This document shows positions 45,491-60,000 of a stretch of 64,000 nucleotides of DNA, one piece after another; the stretch's first letter is position 1, and each line of letters opens with the position of its first letter. Source of the stretch: Macrostomum lignano. Lineage: Eukaryota. Below the pieces are notes generated by a model. It was not told where the DNA came from, did not search any database, and saw only the letters and a program-made list of their open reading frames with translations. The stretch covers positions 930,001 through 994,000 of the forward strand of contig NIVC01000093.1 in NCBI GenBank assembly GCA_002269645.1. Direction: 5' to 3'. Made by a program: the position numbers and the translations under genes.

Positions 45491-47588
45491 ATGGCCCAGC
45501 CGGACTTGAAGTCCAGGTATTTTCGCCGAATCCATTGTTTTTAGTCGTATTATTATGTACCTTTAGAAAGGCTGCTTAGTGAATAATATAAATTAATTTA
45601 ATATATATTACCGCAGGGTCATCGACACTCCCAGATCTTCGGGTGAAGCAGATGGTAACGAAAAAGGCCTTCTGAAGCTGGTCCAGGAACGATTCGTTCA
45701 GGCAATTGAAAATAACAGGTTTAACTTAAATTCAATATATATACTTCTCTTTATGTGCTACTAATGCGCGCAGAATTGATTAATTAATGTACAACGATTT
45801 AACAATCAACGCAGTGACGTGTCATGGAAATCTCTTCAAGACACTCTGCTGGAGTTGCACCACCTGAGGCACGTGCTTCACGGCCGTCCAGAGGTAACTT
45901 CTCAAAGCATACTCAATTCAACTGAGCATTAGCTACTCAATTCAACTGAGCATTAGCTACTCAATTCAACTGAGCATTAGCTACTCAATTCAACTGAGGC
46001 ATTAGCTCCTTAATTCAACTGAGCATTAGCTACTCAATTCAACTGAGCATTAGCTCCTCAATTCAACTGAGCATTAGCTACTCAATTCAACTGAGCATTA
46101 GCTACTCAATTCAACTGAGCATAGCTCCTCAATTCAACTGAGCATTAGCTACTCAATTCAACTGAGCATTAGCTACTCAATTCAACTGAGGCATTAGCTC
46201 CTCAATTCAACTGAGGCATTAGCTACTCAATTCAACTGAGCATAGCTCCTCAATTCAACTGAGCATTAGCTCCTTAATTCAACTGAGCATTAGCTACTCA
46301 ATTCAACTGAGCATTAGCTCCTCAATTCAACTGAGCATTAGCTACTCAATTCAACTGAGCATTAGCTACTCAATTCAACTGAGCATAGCTCCTCAATTCA
46401 ACTGAGCATTAGCTACTCAATTCAACTGAGCATTAGCTACTCAATTCAACTGAGCATTAGCTCCTCAATTCAACTGAGCATTAGCTACTCAATTCAACTG
46501 AGCATTAGCTACTCAATTCAACTGAGCATAGCTCCTCAATTCAACTGAGCATTAGCTACTCAATTCAACTGAGCATTAGCTACTCAATTCAACTGAGCAT
46601 TAGCTACTCAATTCAACTGAGCATTAGCTACTCAATTCAACTGAGCATTAGCTACTCAATTCAACTGAGCATTAGCTACTCAATTCAACTGAGCATAGCT
46701 CCTCAATTCAACTGAGCATTAGCTACTCAATTCAACTGAGTATTAGCTACTCAATTCAACTGAGTATTAGCTACTCAATTCAACTGAGCATTAGCTACTC
46801 AATTCAACTGAGCATTAGCTCCTCAATTCAACTGAGCATTAGCTACTCAATTCAACTGAGCATTAGCTACTCAATTCAACTGAGCATTAGCTCCTCAATT
46901 CAACTGAGCATTAGCTACTCAATTCAACTGAGCATTAGCTACTCAATTCAACTGAGTATTAGCTACTCAATTCAACTGAGCATTAGCTACTCAATTCAAC
47001 TGAGTATTAGCTACTCAATTCAACTGAGTATTAGCTACTCAATTCAACTGAGCATTAGCTACTCAATTCAACTGAGCATTAGCTCCTCAATTCACTACAA
47101 TTCGCTAGCCAACTGAACTAATTAAGTCATAAATTATAATCAGAGTCGCGCCTCTCGCCCCCTGCCAGGTGGAGCACTACCTGGCAAGAATACTTGGCCT
47201 GCTGGATCGCCAACCGAATGAGCCGGCTACTTCGGCGATGCTGGAGACCCTGCAGCAGGTGTTCCCGGCCGAGATAGCCCGCCTGTCTGCATCCAAGCAG
47301 CCGCTGCCTCCGCCGCCAGTGTTGAACGCTTCAACAAAAATCACCACATCATCGTCACCTCGTGTCCGGCGATTTCAGAAGCGAGTTCAGCAGCAGGATG
47401 AAGATCCAGACAAGCCGCTGTTCCAGCTGCCCGAGCTCAGCGACTCTACCTACGCGCCCGTGCCGGAACCGTTGACGGTGCGTCGGCTGCAGGCGTCCAT
47501 TGCCGACGTGATCGCCGAGACCTGCTTGCGTAAGTCTGCATTGGAATCGGTATAGGAGTGGTCATTCAGTCAGTCAGACTGACTGACT

Positions 47589-47622
<34 letters not shown>

Positions 47623-47635
47623 CAGTCAGTCAGTC

Positions 47636-47683
<48 letters not shown>

Positions 47684-47707
47684 GGTTAGTTAGTTAGTTA
47701 GTCAGTC

Positions 47708-47746
<39 letters not shown>

Positions 47747-47791
47747 CAGTTAGTTAGTTAGTTAGTTAGTTAGTCAGTCAGTCAGTCAGTC

Positions 47792-47890
<99 letters not shown>

Positions 47891-47927
47891 CAGTTAGTTA
47901 GTTAGTTAGTTAGTCAGTCAGTCAGTC

Positions 47928-47966
<39 letters not shown>

Positions 47967-47987
47967 CAGTCAGTCAGTCAGTCAGTC

Positions 47988-48054
<67 letters not shown>

Positions 48055-51000
48055 CAGTTAGTCAGTCAGCTAGCTGCCTAACCGAGCTATCGGAACATTC
48101 GCGCCATAAATTTGGCAGGCGAATCGACTCTGGCCAAGCCGTCCGGAGCCACCTGGCGAGCTGCGGCCGCGGATTTCACCATCTTTGAGGTAAATTATTG
48201 ACCAGAAGTTTAATGCTCATTGATTCTTTTTAGGCCTCATTTAGCAACCCTATAGCAGCCACTAACAAACTCCTTCCCAATAGCCAACGGGCGAAAAGCT
48301 GCTGGAGAAAATTCAAGAAGTCATCGACGAAGTCGACGCTGCTGAAGAAGCCGACACGTCGGACGCCGCATCGACAGACTCGTCGGTTAAGACCCCGGTG
48401 CCGGCGCAGCCGCGGCCGCCGCACCGGCCGCCAAGGTTTGCTCGCGACGCCATCGGCCATTTCGTCCGCTGTTACCACCTGGGCGAGCCCGTGGTGGCCT
48501 ACTACAATCCCGCCTTGCCGACCTCGGCGCCAGAACCCGACGCCTATCATCTCGAGCTGGTGCCGAAGCGTCGCGCCAACGCCAGTCTACATTTCGTGTT
48601 CTGCCCGTTTGGCGTCCTCAGAGTGTGCCCTGGCGACGCCAGCGAAGCCATGTCGCTGGTAGAGTGGCACCGAGAGGCTGTGCTGCACTCGGCCATGCGC
48701 CAAATTCCATTCTGTCGACTGTTTCGAAGAATGCGCGTTTTTCGCGCCTGGCGCGCCTGGACGCTGAGGCGCCGGTTTGAAAGCCGGCGTCGGACTTTGG
48801 CGGACAACCTGCTGGCAGCGGTGCCGGCCTACGGGCGCTCAATGCTGCAGGTGGCCACCCTGCTGCAGCAGGTGAACGAGTTAAGCGTGCTGCCAGGCAG
48901 ACCAAGCGTTGCGTAAGTGACTAATTAAGATGACGAGGTACTTTCAGTTTGCTCTTGCCGTTTACCCAAAACCCGTGGACGGATTTCACTGCAAAGTACA
49001 GGATGGTCTAGAAAGGTCTCCCGAATAGTAAACTTGGGACTAAAAGTCTTGGTACTCTCTTCAACAGTCGGTTACAGAAGCTTTGTTTTAAAAAAAAACA
49101 GATTCGCAAATTGACGTCCATTAGAACAAGGTTTAAGCAGGTGAAGTTTGCAATCCCTAATATCTGAACTTCAGAATTTTATTCAAATAAAATGGGGGGG
49201 TTGTAGCCTCGTGGTAAGAGCGTTCCACTTACCACTGAAAGGTCGTTGGTTCGATTCTTGGCCCACATGAAGACTTCCTTTATTTCTCATAATGCATTTT
49301 TCCAGTACAAAAATGGCCTTTAGCAAAATGCGAGTGCCGCGCGTCCCTCTACTTCGGTTTTCTATGAAGAAAATTCGTTAAAATGAAAGTGGAAGATTTA
49401 GTATATATACTCGTACGTACTAGTAATTTAGGCCCTCCGGAGGGTAAACAAACTGATAGATTTGATATCTAATAAACTGTATATGCTACTCACATTTTGG
49501 TGAGCTAGTAGCTAATTGCATTTTTCTCCTATTTTTGTCTCTACTTCTAAACCCAACCAAACAAACCCACTTAGGAGCTGCCTGACCCTGCGACAACTGC
49601 AAGACTTGGTTGACAAGCGAAAACTTCAAGCTGATCGAATTTTGGAAAAGTTCTACAAATTTCTTAAGCAAATTATCGTTGAAACATCCGCCGTGCTGTT
49701 TAAACGGATGGAGTTCTACCAGAAGCAGGTCCATCAGAAACAGCTTTTGTGAGTACTTTTTTTGATGGGATTGCCAGGATGTGTGCGGCAACATCAATGA
49801 TAATTTTGTCCACCGTTGCAGATCAAAGGAGTCGCTTTACAATCAGCGAATCCGAGCCGAGGAGCAGGCCAGAGACCTGGCCACGGCGCGCCGTCAGCTG
49901 GGCCAGTTGGGCAGCTTCATCCGCTACCTGGATCTGTTTGTCGGTTCCGCTTTCTTGCGACTCGCCGTTGATAACGTAGCCAAATTTGTCGATGAAGTCC
50001 TGCTAGTTGGGGCGACGGCTTCGAAGACCAAATCAGTCAAGCCTAACGACGCCGAGGATCCTGTTAACGTGACGGCTACATTCAAGGTGGGTCCAGGGAG
50101 TTTTGAGGTGCCGTTAAAGATCAAAGACAGGGGAGGATTGGCGGCAGATCAGAAAAGATCAAAGGCAGGGAGGATTGGCGGCAGATCATGAAAGATCAAA
50201 GACAGGGGAGGATTGGCGGCAAATCATGAAAGATCAAAGACAGGGGAGGATTGGCGGCAGATCATGAAAGATCAAAGACAGGGGAGGATTGGCGGCAGAT
50301 CATGAAAGATCAAAGACAGGGGAGGATTGGCGGCAAATCATGAAAGATCAAAGACAGGGGAGGATTGGCGGCAGATCATGAAAGATCAAAGACAGGGGAA
50401 GATTGGCGGCAAATCATGAAAGATCAAAGACAGGAGAGGATTGGCGGCAGATCAAGAAAGATCAAAGACAGGGAGGATTGGCGGCAAATCATGAAAGATC
50501 AAAGACAGGGGAGGATTGGCGGCAGATCAAGAAAGATCAAAGACAGGGAGGATTGGCGGCAAATCATGAAAGATCAAAGACAGGGGAGGATTGGCGGCAG
50601 ATCATGAAGGATCAAAGACAGGGGAAGATTGGCGGCAAATCATGAAAGATCAAAGACAGGAGAGGATTGGCGGCAGATCAAGAAATATCAAAGACAGGGG
50701 AGGATTGGCGGCAAATCATGAAAGATCAAAGACAGGGGAGGATTGGCGGCAAATCATAAAAGATTAAAAACGAAGAATAGGGGTAGGGGTCGGTAGCCAT
50801 AAAGATAAAATATGATATTTCCTACACCCCACAGGCGGACCTGAGCGTCAACAATGACCAGCTGTGCAGCAATCCCAGCCTCGACGAGTTCTGCCAGTTC
50901 ATTTTGGCCACGGTAGCCGACACCCCGAAGCTATTGCAGCTGCATGCGTTCCCAATGGACGGCTGCATCACGGATGCACACCTGCACCGGCTGCCGGCGT

Positions 51001-54000
51001 TGGGGCCGGCGACGACGTCCTCCGCCACAGTCACCGCTGCTGGCGACATGCCGAAGCTGCAGCCGCCTCAGAGGCTGAACTCAGGTAAGTTTTTTCAATT
51101 TCTACAATTCAAGCTCAGAGAGGCACATGCGCAGAGAGTGTACATGCCTGACGATTGTATAGTATTGGCGCGCTTGTTTGTGCTCAGAAGTCAGCGGGAT
51201 GGGCTCAGAGTTGCCGTCAGCGCAGGTTGCGGGGCGAAGTCGTTTAATTCGACAGAAAATTTTTTCCATGCATTCAAACTGGATCAGTTATTAGTTCTCA
51301 TTTGTCGCCCGTCCTGGCCGCAGGTCTGTCCGCGGAGCAGCGCGATCAGAGGTCAACTGAGGTCATCCGGCAACCGCCGCCGCAAAACCCACGCGATTTA
51401 ACAGTGGAAGGACGAGCCATTGTGGGCACCGACCAGCCCATTGAGTTTGGGCATATCTGGTTGCAACTGGGAGGCATGTAAGTTTAACAGCGTTTGAATC
51501 GCTGAGATCACAATATAAATCGCTAAGGTCACAACAGAAATCGCTAAGGTCACTATAGAAATCGCTAAGGTCACAATATAAATCGCTAAGGTCACAATAT
51601 AAATCGCTAAGGTCACAACAGAAATCGCTAAGGTCACTATAGAAATCGCTAAGGTCACTATAGAAATCGCTAAGGTCACTATAGAAATCGCTAAGGTCAC
51701 TATAGAAATCGCTAAGGTCACTATAGAAATCGCTAAGGTCACAATAGAAATCGCTAAGGTCACAATATAAATCGCTAAGGTCACTATAGAAATCGCTAAG
51801 GTCACTATAGAAATCGCTAAGGTCACAATAGAAATCGCTAAGGTCACAATATAAATCGCTAAGGTCACAATATAAATCGCTAAGGTCACAACAGAAATCG
51901 CTAAGGTCACTATAGAAATCGCTAAGGTCACAATATCAATCGCTAAGGTTAAACTAGTTAATAATTGAAGAAAACTTGAATCTCATTAACAAAAATCATT
52001 AATGTACAATAATTCTCGTTGCACATCAGAGTTCGCTACCAGCACTACCTGAACCTGTGCCAAAACGCCTTCGACTCAGCCAACGAGGACGTGAATCGCT
52101 TCTTCGAGGAGAGCAACTGGCTGGTGGCCATTCACACCTTCTGCAGAGACTGGCGCTCGGACAGTGTGCAAAAGTACAAAGACCAACCGGCGTTTAGCAT
52201 CGAGGTGAGACTAATAGAGAGGGAGCCAGAAGAGACGGGAGTAGTCAGGATTTTTAATATCAGCTCATCAACCAGTGGCTATAGCACCAGGGGCTTTAGC
52301 ACCAGGGGGCTTTATCACCAGGGGTACCAGCACTTTTAGGATAAAAAATTCCAAATGAATCAAAAACCATTATGCCTTTTCCAAACAGCAAACGTTGGTT
52401 CAGCTTCGCCAATGGACTGAGTCTGTTCGCACATTTGATTCGAATTTTGTGTCGTCAAACGGTGTCGCTCTGATCAACTGTCAGCTGTTGATTGACAGCC
52501 TGGTGCCCATGCTGGAGCGAGCTTACGCTGAGCTGGGCGACTTTGCCACCGTTGAAATGTCTCGCTTAGCTAACGAATTCGTCGCCGAATTGGTCGACCT
52601 GCAGCGACACCTGAGCAATCGGGAAGTGACTAGCGCTAATTTTGCCGTGTACTCAAGCAAACTGCAGCAGGTGAAAGATAATACGCAGAGGTATCAACAG
52701 CGAGCTGACTATATCAAGTCGCTATTTGAGGTAAGATATTTATTTAATAGCATTAAATGGTTTCGAGCGAGGTGGGTGTGTACGCTGGGGTAAGGAAATA
52801 GGAATATGGAGTTAAGTGGGTGTACACTGGGGTAAGAAAATACGAGTGAGGTGGGTGTACGCTGGGGTAAGAAAATACGGAGTGATTTGATTGCACACTG
52901 GGGTAAGAAAATATGGAGTGAGGTGGGTGTACGCTGGATAAGAAAATGCGAGTGAGGCGGGTGAACACAGGGGTAAGAAAATACGAGTGAGGCGGGTGTA
53001 CGCTGAGGTAAGAAAATATAGAGTTACGCGTAAGTGGCCGTACGCTGGGGCAAGAAAATACGAGTGAGGTGGGTGTACGCTGGGGCAAGAAAATACGAAT
53101 GAGGTGAGTGTACGCTGGGGTAAGGAAATATGGAGTGAAGTGGCTGTACGTTGGGGCAAGAAAATACGAGTGAGTTGGGTGTACGCTGGGGCAAGAAAAT
53201 ACGAATGAGGTGGGTGTACGCTGGGGTAAGAAAATACGGAGTGATTTGATTGCACACTGGGATAAGAAAATATGGAGTGAGGTTGGTGTACGTCGGGGGT
53301 ACGGAAATGCAGACTGAGGTGGCTGCACGTTGGGGTAAGGGACGCTTTTAAGACGAAGCATTCTAGCTCGTATTTAATTTCACTGCGTTTTATCGCTTCA
53401 AAGAAAGCCTTGATTTTTTTAATTCTTCTCAAACTCGTCAAATCTCAGATGGTCCGCATGGCCTATCGGCCACTGACTGCCGAAGAAGAAAAGCTTGAAG
53501 AGGAGGCCCAAAGCCAGTGGCACTACATGCTGCAGCTGATGCAGGACAGCTCCGACTTTCAGAACAAACAACTCCCAACGATTATTCGGAAGATGAACGA
53601 CGAGTACGAAGTGCGTAACTTTTTTACAATGTGCTATTCGCTTTTTCTTTCGATTAACAACTAATTATTACTAACGATCACTTCTGCGCCTTCCGATGCA
53701 GGCATTGATGGCGGAGGCCAGACTGATTGCCAAAGATCTCGGCGAGAACTATTGTCAAGTCTCTCCAACCCCAGACAAAGTTGTGAAGGAGATTGTGCAG
53801 GTAAATTGTCTGTCGCTAGGGATATTTGTCTATTCGAATGTAACACGTTTGAAAGATTCCTAATTGGCTTTGCTAATATTTGTAGAAGCGCACCAGAATC
53901 TGCGACATCGAGACCTTGGTTAAACAGCTCAGCGAAACAAAACAAGCCATCGTTGGGGAGAATTATCCCCTTGACGAGCTCAAACTGCTGGTGGCCTCGT

Positions 54001-57000
54001 CAGACATGCGCCTGGAATTGTGGAAATATTTTAGCGTAGCTGTCAACTTCATCGCCGACTGGAAGAAGCAGCTTTTTAAGAAGGTGAGTTGAGCTGTCAA
54101 CGAACGGCCAAAAACAGCTTTTAGTCAGATATTTTGAACTGCAGGCTTCGGAGCACTTTTGGACGACTCTCCGACTGTTGTATTTGGTCTTAGCAATTAG
54201 CTTTAAGAATATCTTGATTTAGATGACCCAGCAGGGAGATCCGGTGGTGCCAGTGTCCGCAGCGCGGTCCCCCTCCGGAGAGTCCAGGAGGTCGATGGTC
54301 GCTCACCCGGTAGCCGTTAGGTAGCGGGCGAGCTGGCAGAGATTCTCGGGCCTGAAAACGTCGGAGAGATCCGGGTTTGGGCCGAGGTAGAAGCCTGTCC
54401 TGAGTAAAGCCGGGGCATTCACAGATGAAGCACAGATGAAGTGCTCCGCATTCTCAACACCGGAGAGGCATAATGGGCATTCCTCACTGCGGATTTTTTT
54501 TCCGGAGGTAGCGATGCCTGGCAAAACAGCCATGACCCTGAGAGTCATGACCCTGAGGCATGGCCTTGCAGAGAGCGAGGGTTACAGTTGACAGCAGCGT
54601 GGGTTGTCGTTGGATTATTTTTTATTCAATATTTGATTCGCATTAACTTTATCAACGCAGTTCGACGCCCGGCAAGCCCTGGACAAAATCACTGAGTGGC
54701 AGAACGCAGCGGTGCATATTAGGAAATTTCTCAACCCAGATGATCCGGTGCTTGCCAGGCTGCTGCAGCTGCTGCAGGACTTCAAACAGAGCCTGCCACT
54801 GCTGGCTAAGCTTCAGTCGCCAGCTTTGAAGGAGCGGCACTGGCGTTCGTTGTACGTCGGCTTCGGGTCGGACTTCGATCCAAATCGGGAGCCTCGACTC
54901 GTAGAACTGCTGGCGTTCGATCTGCCCGCTCACGGCAAGCTGATTAACAGCGTCTGCGCTGCAGCGTTGGCTGAGTATCAGCTGGAGAAAACTCTGGCGA
55001 GGCTGAATAAGCTCTGGCTGGACAAGGAGCTTAAAATGGTGCGGTTTGCCACCGGTAGCATGCTGTTGTAGTTCTGGGGTTGGCGAAAAGGGTAGGGTTG
55101 TCTTGTGGTTGGGGAAGGGGTAGAAGACACGGATTGTTGGGGAAGGGGTAGAAGACACGGATTGTTGGGGAAGGGGTAGAAGACACGGAGGGTTGGGGAA
55201 GGGGTAGAAGACACGGAGGGTTGGGGAAGGGGTAGAAGACACGGAGGGTTGGGGAAGGGGTAGAAGACACGGATTGTTGGGGAAGGGGTAGAAGACACGG
55301 AGGGTTGGGGAAGGGGTAGAAGACACGGAGGGTTGGGGAAGGGGTAGAAGACACGGAGGGTTGGGGAAGGGGTAGAAGACACGGAGGGTTGGGGAAGGGG
55401 TAGAAGACACGGAGGGTTGGGGAAGGGGTAGAAGAAACAGAGGGTTGGGGAAGGGGTAGAAGACACGGAGGGTTGGGGAAGGGGTAGAAGACACGGAGGG
55501 TTGGGGAAGGGGTAGAAGACACGGATTGTTGGGGAAGGGGTAGAAGACACGGAGGGTTGGGGAAGGGGTAGAAGAAACAGAGGGTTGGGGAAGGGGTAGA
55601 AGACACGGAGGGTTGGGGAAAGGGTAGAAGACACGGATTGTTGGGGAAGGGGTAGAAGACACGGATTGTTGGGGAAGGGGTAGAAGACACGGATTTTTGG
55701 GGAAGGGGTAGAAGACACGGAGGGTTGTTGAATTGGATAGAAGACACGGAGGTAGAGAACATTGCGGGTTGGGTGTGCAACAAAGCTGCGTACACTGCTT
55801 GTGGACAGATTCGCCTGCATAAAAACTAGCTCCAACAACCCTCGCAGGTGCGTCACGTGACCGAGAGCGTCATTGCCGACGGAGAGCGGGCTGAGTTGCG
55901 CAACGCGGCGAAGCGCCTGCAGCCGGCGGCAGCTCGCAAGACCAGCCAGCTGGAGAAGATGCGCTCGTCGAAGGCTGTTGCGAACGAGAGCGCCGTCAAC
56001 GGATCAACCGTGGTGTCAAACGCCCACCGAGAGGTGTTCGTTGTGGCTGATTGGCAGGAGATTCTCCACCTGCTGCAGGACAGCCTGCTGACTTTGCAGA
56101 GCATGCGAGCTCCGGCGAAGGCCACGGAGTTCTACGCCGAGCTGCTGCAGCTGGACGAACGCTTGACCGCAGCTGAGGCCGCCTTCGAGCAGCTGCTGAA
56201 GGCTCAACGGCGCTGGCAGTTCCTAGAGAAGTTCTTCCAACGCGCCGCCGTGGCTTCCCGACTGCCGCGTCAAACTGACGCCTTCCGACCGCTCAACGAA
56301 CGCTTCGTTGAACTCACTCGATTGCTGGCCTCGACGCCCAAGGTGGGGCAGCTTGCGGACGCCGCGCGCCGGGCCAAGCTGACGGATCTGGCGCTGAAAC
56401 TGAAGAAGCTGGCGGCCAGCCTGAGGCCTCTCGTAGATCAGGCGCGTCGTCAGCTGCCGCGGCTGAACTTTTTCAGCGACGAGGAGGTCATGGAGCTGCT
56501 GGCGCTGTCGCGCGAGCCCGGCGCTATGCTGTCGCACGTGCGCCGCGCTTTCCCGGGCGTGCGCCAACTGCAGCTGGCGCTCCCGGCAGGTGGCGCCATC
56601 ACCGGGACGAGGCTGGACTACCAGCTGAACGCCGACAAACTGCTGCTGTCCGGGCTCGTTGGCGAATGCGGCGAACGGGTCGCCTTCTCGCCCATCGCCG
56701 CCTCGCCGCATCCGGTTCGCTGGTTGGCTCTCGCTGAGGCGCGCTTGAAGGATTCGAACTCGCGACTGTTGCGCGACGCCGTGCGAACCCGATTGAGAAT
56801 GGCCGAGCCCGATGCGCCAGCCGTGGCCGAAGCGCTCGAGGAGCTGACGGCGCTGGAGAAAGCCGAATCCGACGTAGGCGACAGCTCGGAAGCTGGCTCG
56901 ATTCTTCATCACTGGCTGTTGCGTCATCCCGCCAGCTGCGTCCTCGCCGCCGATCGAATCCTGTTCACCCGCTTGGTGGCGGTGATTCTGCGCGCCGGAC

Positions 57001-60000
57001 GCGCCGCCGAGGACCTGCCGGGGCGCCAGCGGGTTCTGCAGAGACGGCAGCAACGTTACTGCGACCTGCTGAGAGAGAATTTCAAGCGGGTGTTCGCCAA
57101 CGACAGGCGGCGGAGGCTGCACGCCCTGCTACACAGCCTCATCCTGGCCTGTCAGGAGCAGGTGGGATATTTTCTACACTAGCAATCCACTGCATAGTCT
57201 AGCAATCCACTGCATAGTCTAGCAATCCACTGCACAGTCTAGCAATCCACTGCACAGTCTAGCAATCCACTGTACAGTCTAGCAATCCACTGCATAGTCT
57301 AGCAATCCACTGCATAGTCTAGCAATCCACTGCATAGTCTAGCAATCCACTGCATAGTCTAGCAATCCACTGCATAGTCTAGCAATCCACTGCATACGAC
57401 GTAGTAGTATAGCAATCCGCTATATGATCTAGAAATCCACACTCACTCCAGTCTAGCAATCTACACTCACTCCAGTCTAGCAATCCACACTCACTCCAGT
57501 CTAGCAATCCACACTCACTCCAGTCTAGCAATCCACACTCACTCCAGTCTAGCAATCCACACTCACTCCAGTCTAGCAATCCACCCTCACTCGTGTCTAG
57601 CAATCTTAGAGAAGCTGAATATTCTTAGAAACAAAAAATCGACAATTTCAAATTCCGTCGCAGGTGAACATCCTGCAAACTCTGATTGCCTGCGGCCCCA
57701 GCTGCAACGACCGCAACTTCGACTGGGTCCGCCTGGCCAAGCACGAAATGCCAGTTGAAGCGTTACCGAAACTTCGACGCAGTGAGCAGCCAGATGGTGA
57801 GCAAGTTGACGACCTTCGGCTCCGCCGATGCCGCACCAGCCTGCAGCAGGAGCTTCTACTAGGCCGGTACACCGTCAGCCAGTTGGGTCATCAGCTGAGC
57901 TACGATTACGAGTTTGTGCCCTGCCATCGTCGGCTGGTGATTAGCGGCGTCACCGAGCGGGCGCTCTGCCATCTGAGCCTGGCGCTGGCCAACTACCAGA
58001 TCGGCTGTTTGGCCGGCGACGCCACGGCCGGCAAGAGCGAAACCGTCCGAGAGTTGGGCTGCGTGAGTGGCGCTGCTTATTGAAGGGATTATCGATGGGA
58101 TTATCGATGGAAATATCGATGGGATTATTGGTGGGATTATCGTTGGGATTGTCGATGGTAATATCGATGGGATTATCGATGGGATTATCGATGTGATTAT
58201 CGATTAGATTATCGATTAGATTAACGATTATATTAACGATGAGAATATCGATGGGTTTATCGGTTGGTTTATCGATGGGAATATCGATGATATTATTTAT
58301 GGGATTGTCAACGGTATCGTTGATAGAATTATCGGTGTGCTTATCGATGGGATAATTGATTGAATTTTCGATGAATATATCGGTGGGATTATCGATAGAA
58401 ACTCCAAAGGGATTATCAATGAGATTGTCGATGGGAATATCGATAGGATTATCGATGGGATTATCAATATGATTATCAAAGGTATTACCGATATGTCCTT
58501 CCTCTATAGCTGCTTGGCCGCCTGTCAATCAGTCTCAACTGCGGCGCCGATCTGTGCCCGTCCAGCATTCGGCGCCACCTAACCGGCGCGCTGGCCTGCG
58601 GCGCCATCCTCGTGATGGAGGAGCTGGGCCGCCTGCCAGCGCCGCTGGTTGCCGCGTTCGCCCAGGACGCCGCGCAAATCGGACGCCTGTTAAAAGGCGC
58701 CGATCCGGCCGGCGCAGCCAAGTCGTCGGAGGAACAGACGGCGACTCGTCGAGAGCAGCGACGTCGGCGAAGGCGAAGCGGCAGCATTGGCGAAGATCCG
58801 TCGATGACTGGTGATCAAGGCGACTGCATCGGCGAACAGGGTCGACGGCGGAAGCGTCGAAACTCGGCCGACGACGGATCGGCAGGGATCGCGACAGGAA
58901 GCGGCGTCGTTGACGGCGGCATCGACAGCGACGCGTACAGACCGGTGCGTCTCAGCGGAGTCTGTTTTGCCGGCTGCCTGCTGTCGCCGAAGGATACCTT
59001 CGGCTGCTTGGCCACTCTTGGCAGCGGCGGCGAGAGGTGAGCAATGCAGTGGGTTGCTAGACTGGACTGAGAATTGCTAGACTGGACTGAGAATTGCTAG
59101 ACTGGACTGAGAATTGCTAGACTGGACTGAGAATTGCTAGACTGGACTGAGAATTGCTAGACTGGACTGAGAATTGCTAGACTGGACTGAGAATTGCTAG
59201 ACTGGACTGAGAATTGCTAGACTGGACTGAGAATTGCTAGACTGGACTGAGAATTGCTAGACTAGACTGAGAAGTGCTAGACTGGAGTGAGTGTGGATTG
59301 CTAGACTGGGGTGAGTGTGGATTGCTAGACTGGAGTGAGTGTGAATTGCTAGACTGGACTGAGAATTGCTAGACTGGAGTGAGTGTAGATTGCTAGATTG
59401 GAGTGTGAATTGCTAGACTGGACTGAGAATTGCTAGACTGGAGTGAGTGTAGATTGCTAGATTGGAGTGTGAATTGCTAGACTGGACTGAGAATTGCTAG
59501 ACTGGAGTGAGTGTAGATTGCTAGATTGGAGTGTGAATTGCTAGACTGGACTGAGAATTGCTAGACTGGAGTGAGTGTAGATTGCTAGATTGGAGTGTTA
59601 ATTCCCAAACTCTATAAATTTTTAATTGTCACCCCCAATCGTGAGAAGTCAGTCAAATCCACCCTGTGACCCTCGCCGCAGACACGGCACCGCGGCGGCT
59701 GCTGTGCCTGTGGCGGAGCTGCCAGACTGTCTGCGGCGCCAATTGCGTCCCTGCAGCCTGCTCGGGCAGGACTGGCAGCCAATCATCGAGCAGGAGATGC
59801 TGTGCCTCGGCTTCACCAAACTCCGGCCGCTAATTCGCAAGGTGCTGTACTTGGCCGAGCAGCTGCGCACCCACCTTGAGCCGGAGTTCCGGGTCAGTCT
59901 TCGAGCAGTGCTCAACTGCTTGCAGCTGGCGGCGATCCGCCTGAACCTGCCCAGCCAGGAGGACCAGGCGGCCCTGGATCAGAACAACCGGCTCAGCTGC

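Noticed and set aside
49198-49266. Functional tRNA
   Set aside because: A and B boxes are present, but the stems do not pair into a cloverleaf.
54652-55856. Pro-rich minus-strand ORFs ([13 protein letters not shown])
   Set aside because: Antisense translations of the 28-bp satellite plus antisense of DNHD1 exon 16.
57950-58528. (IDNP)n ORF resembling an ice-nucleation or surface repeat protein
   Set aside because: Antisense reading of a degenerate 12-bp intronic repeat; no independent gene signals.
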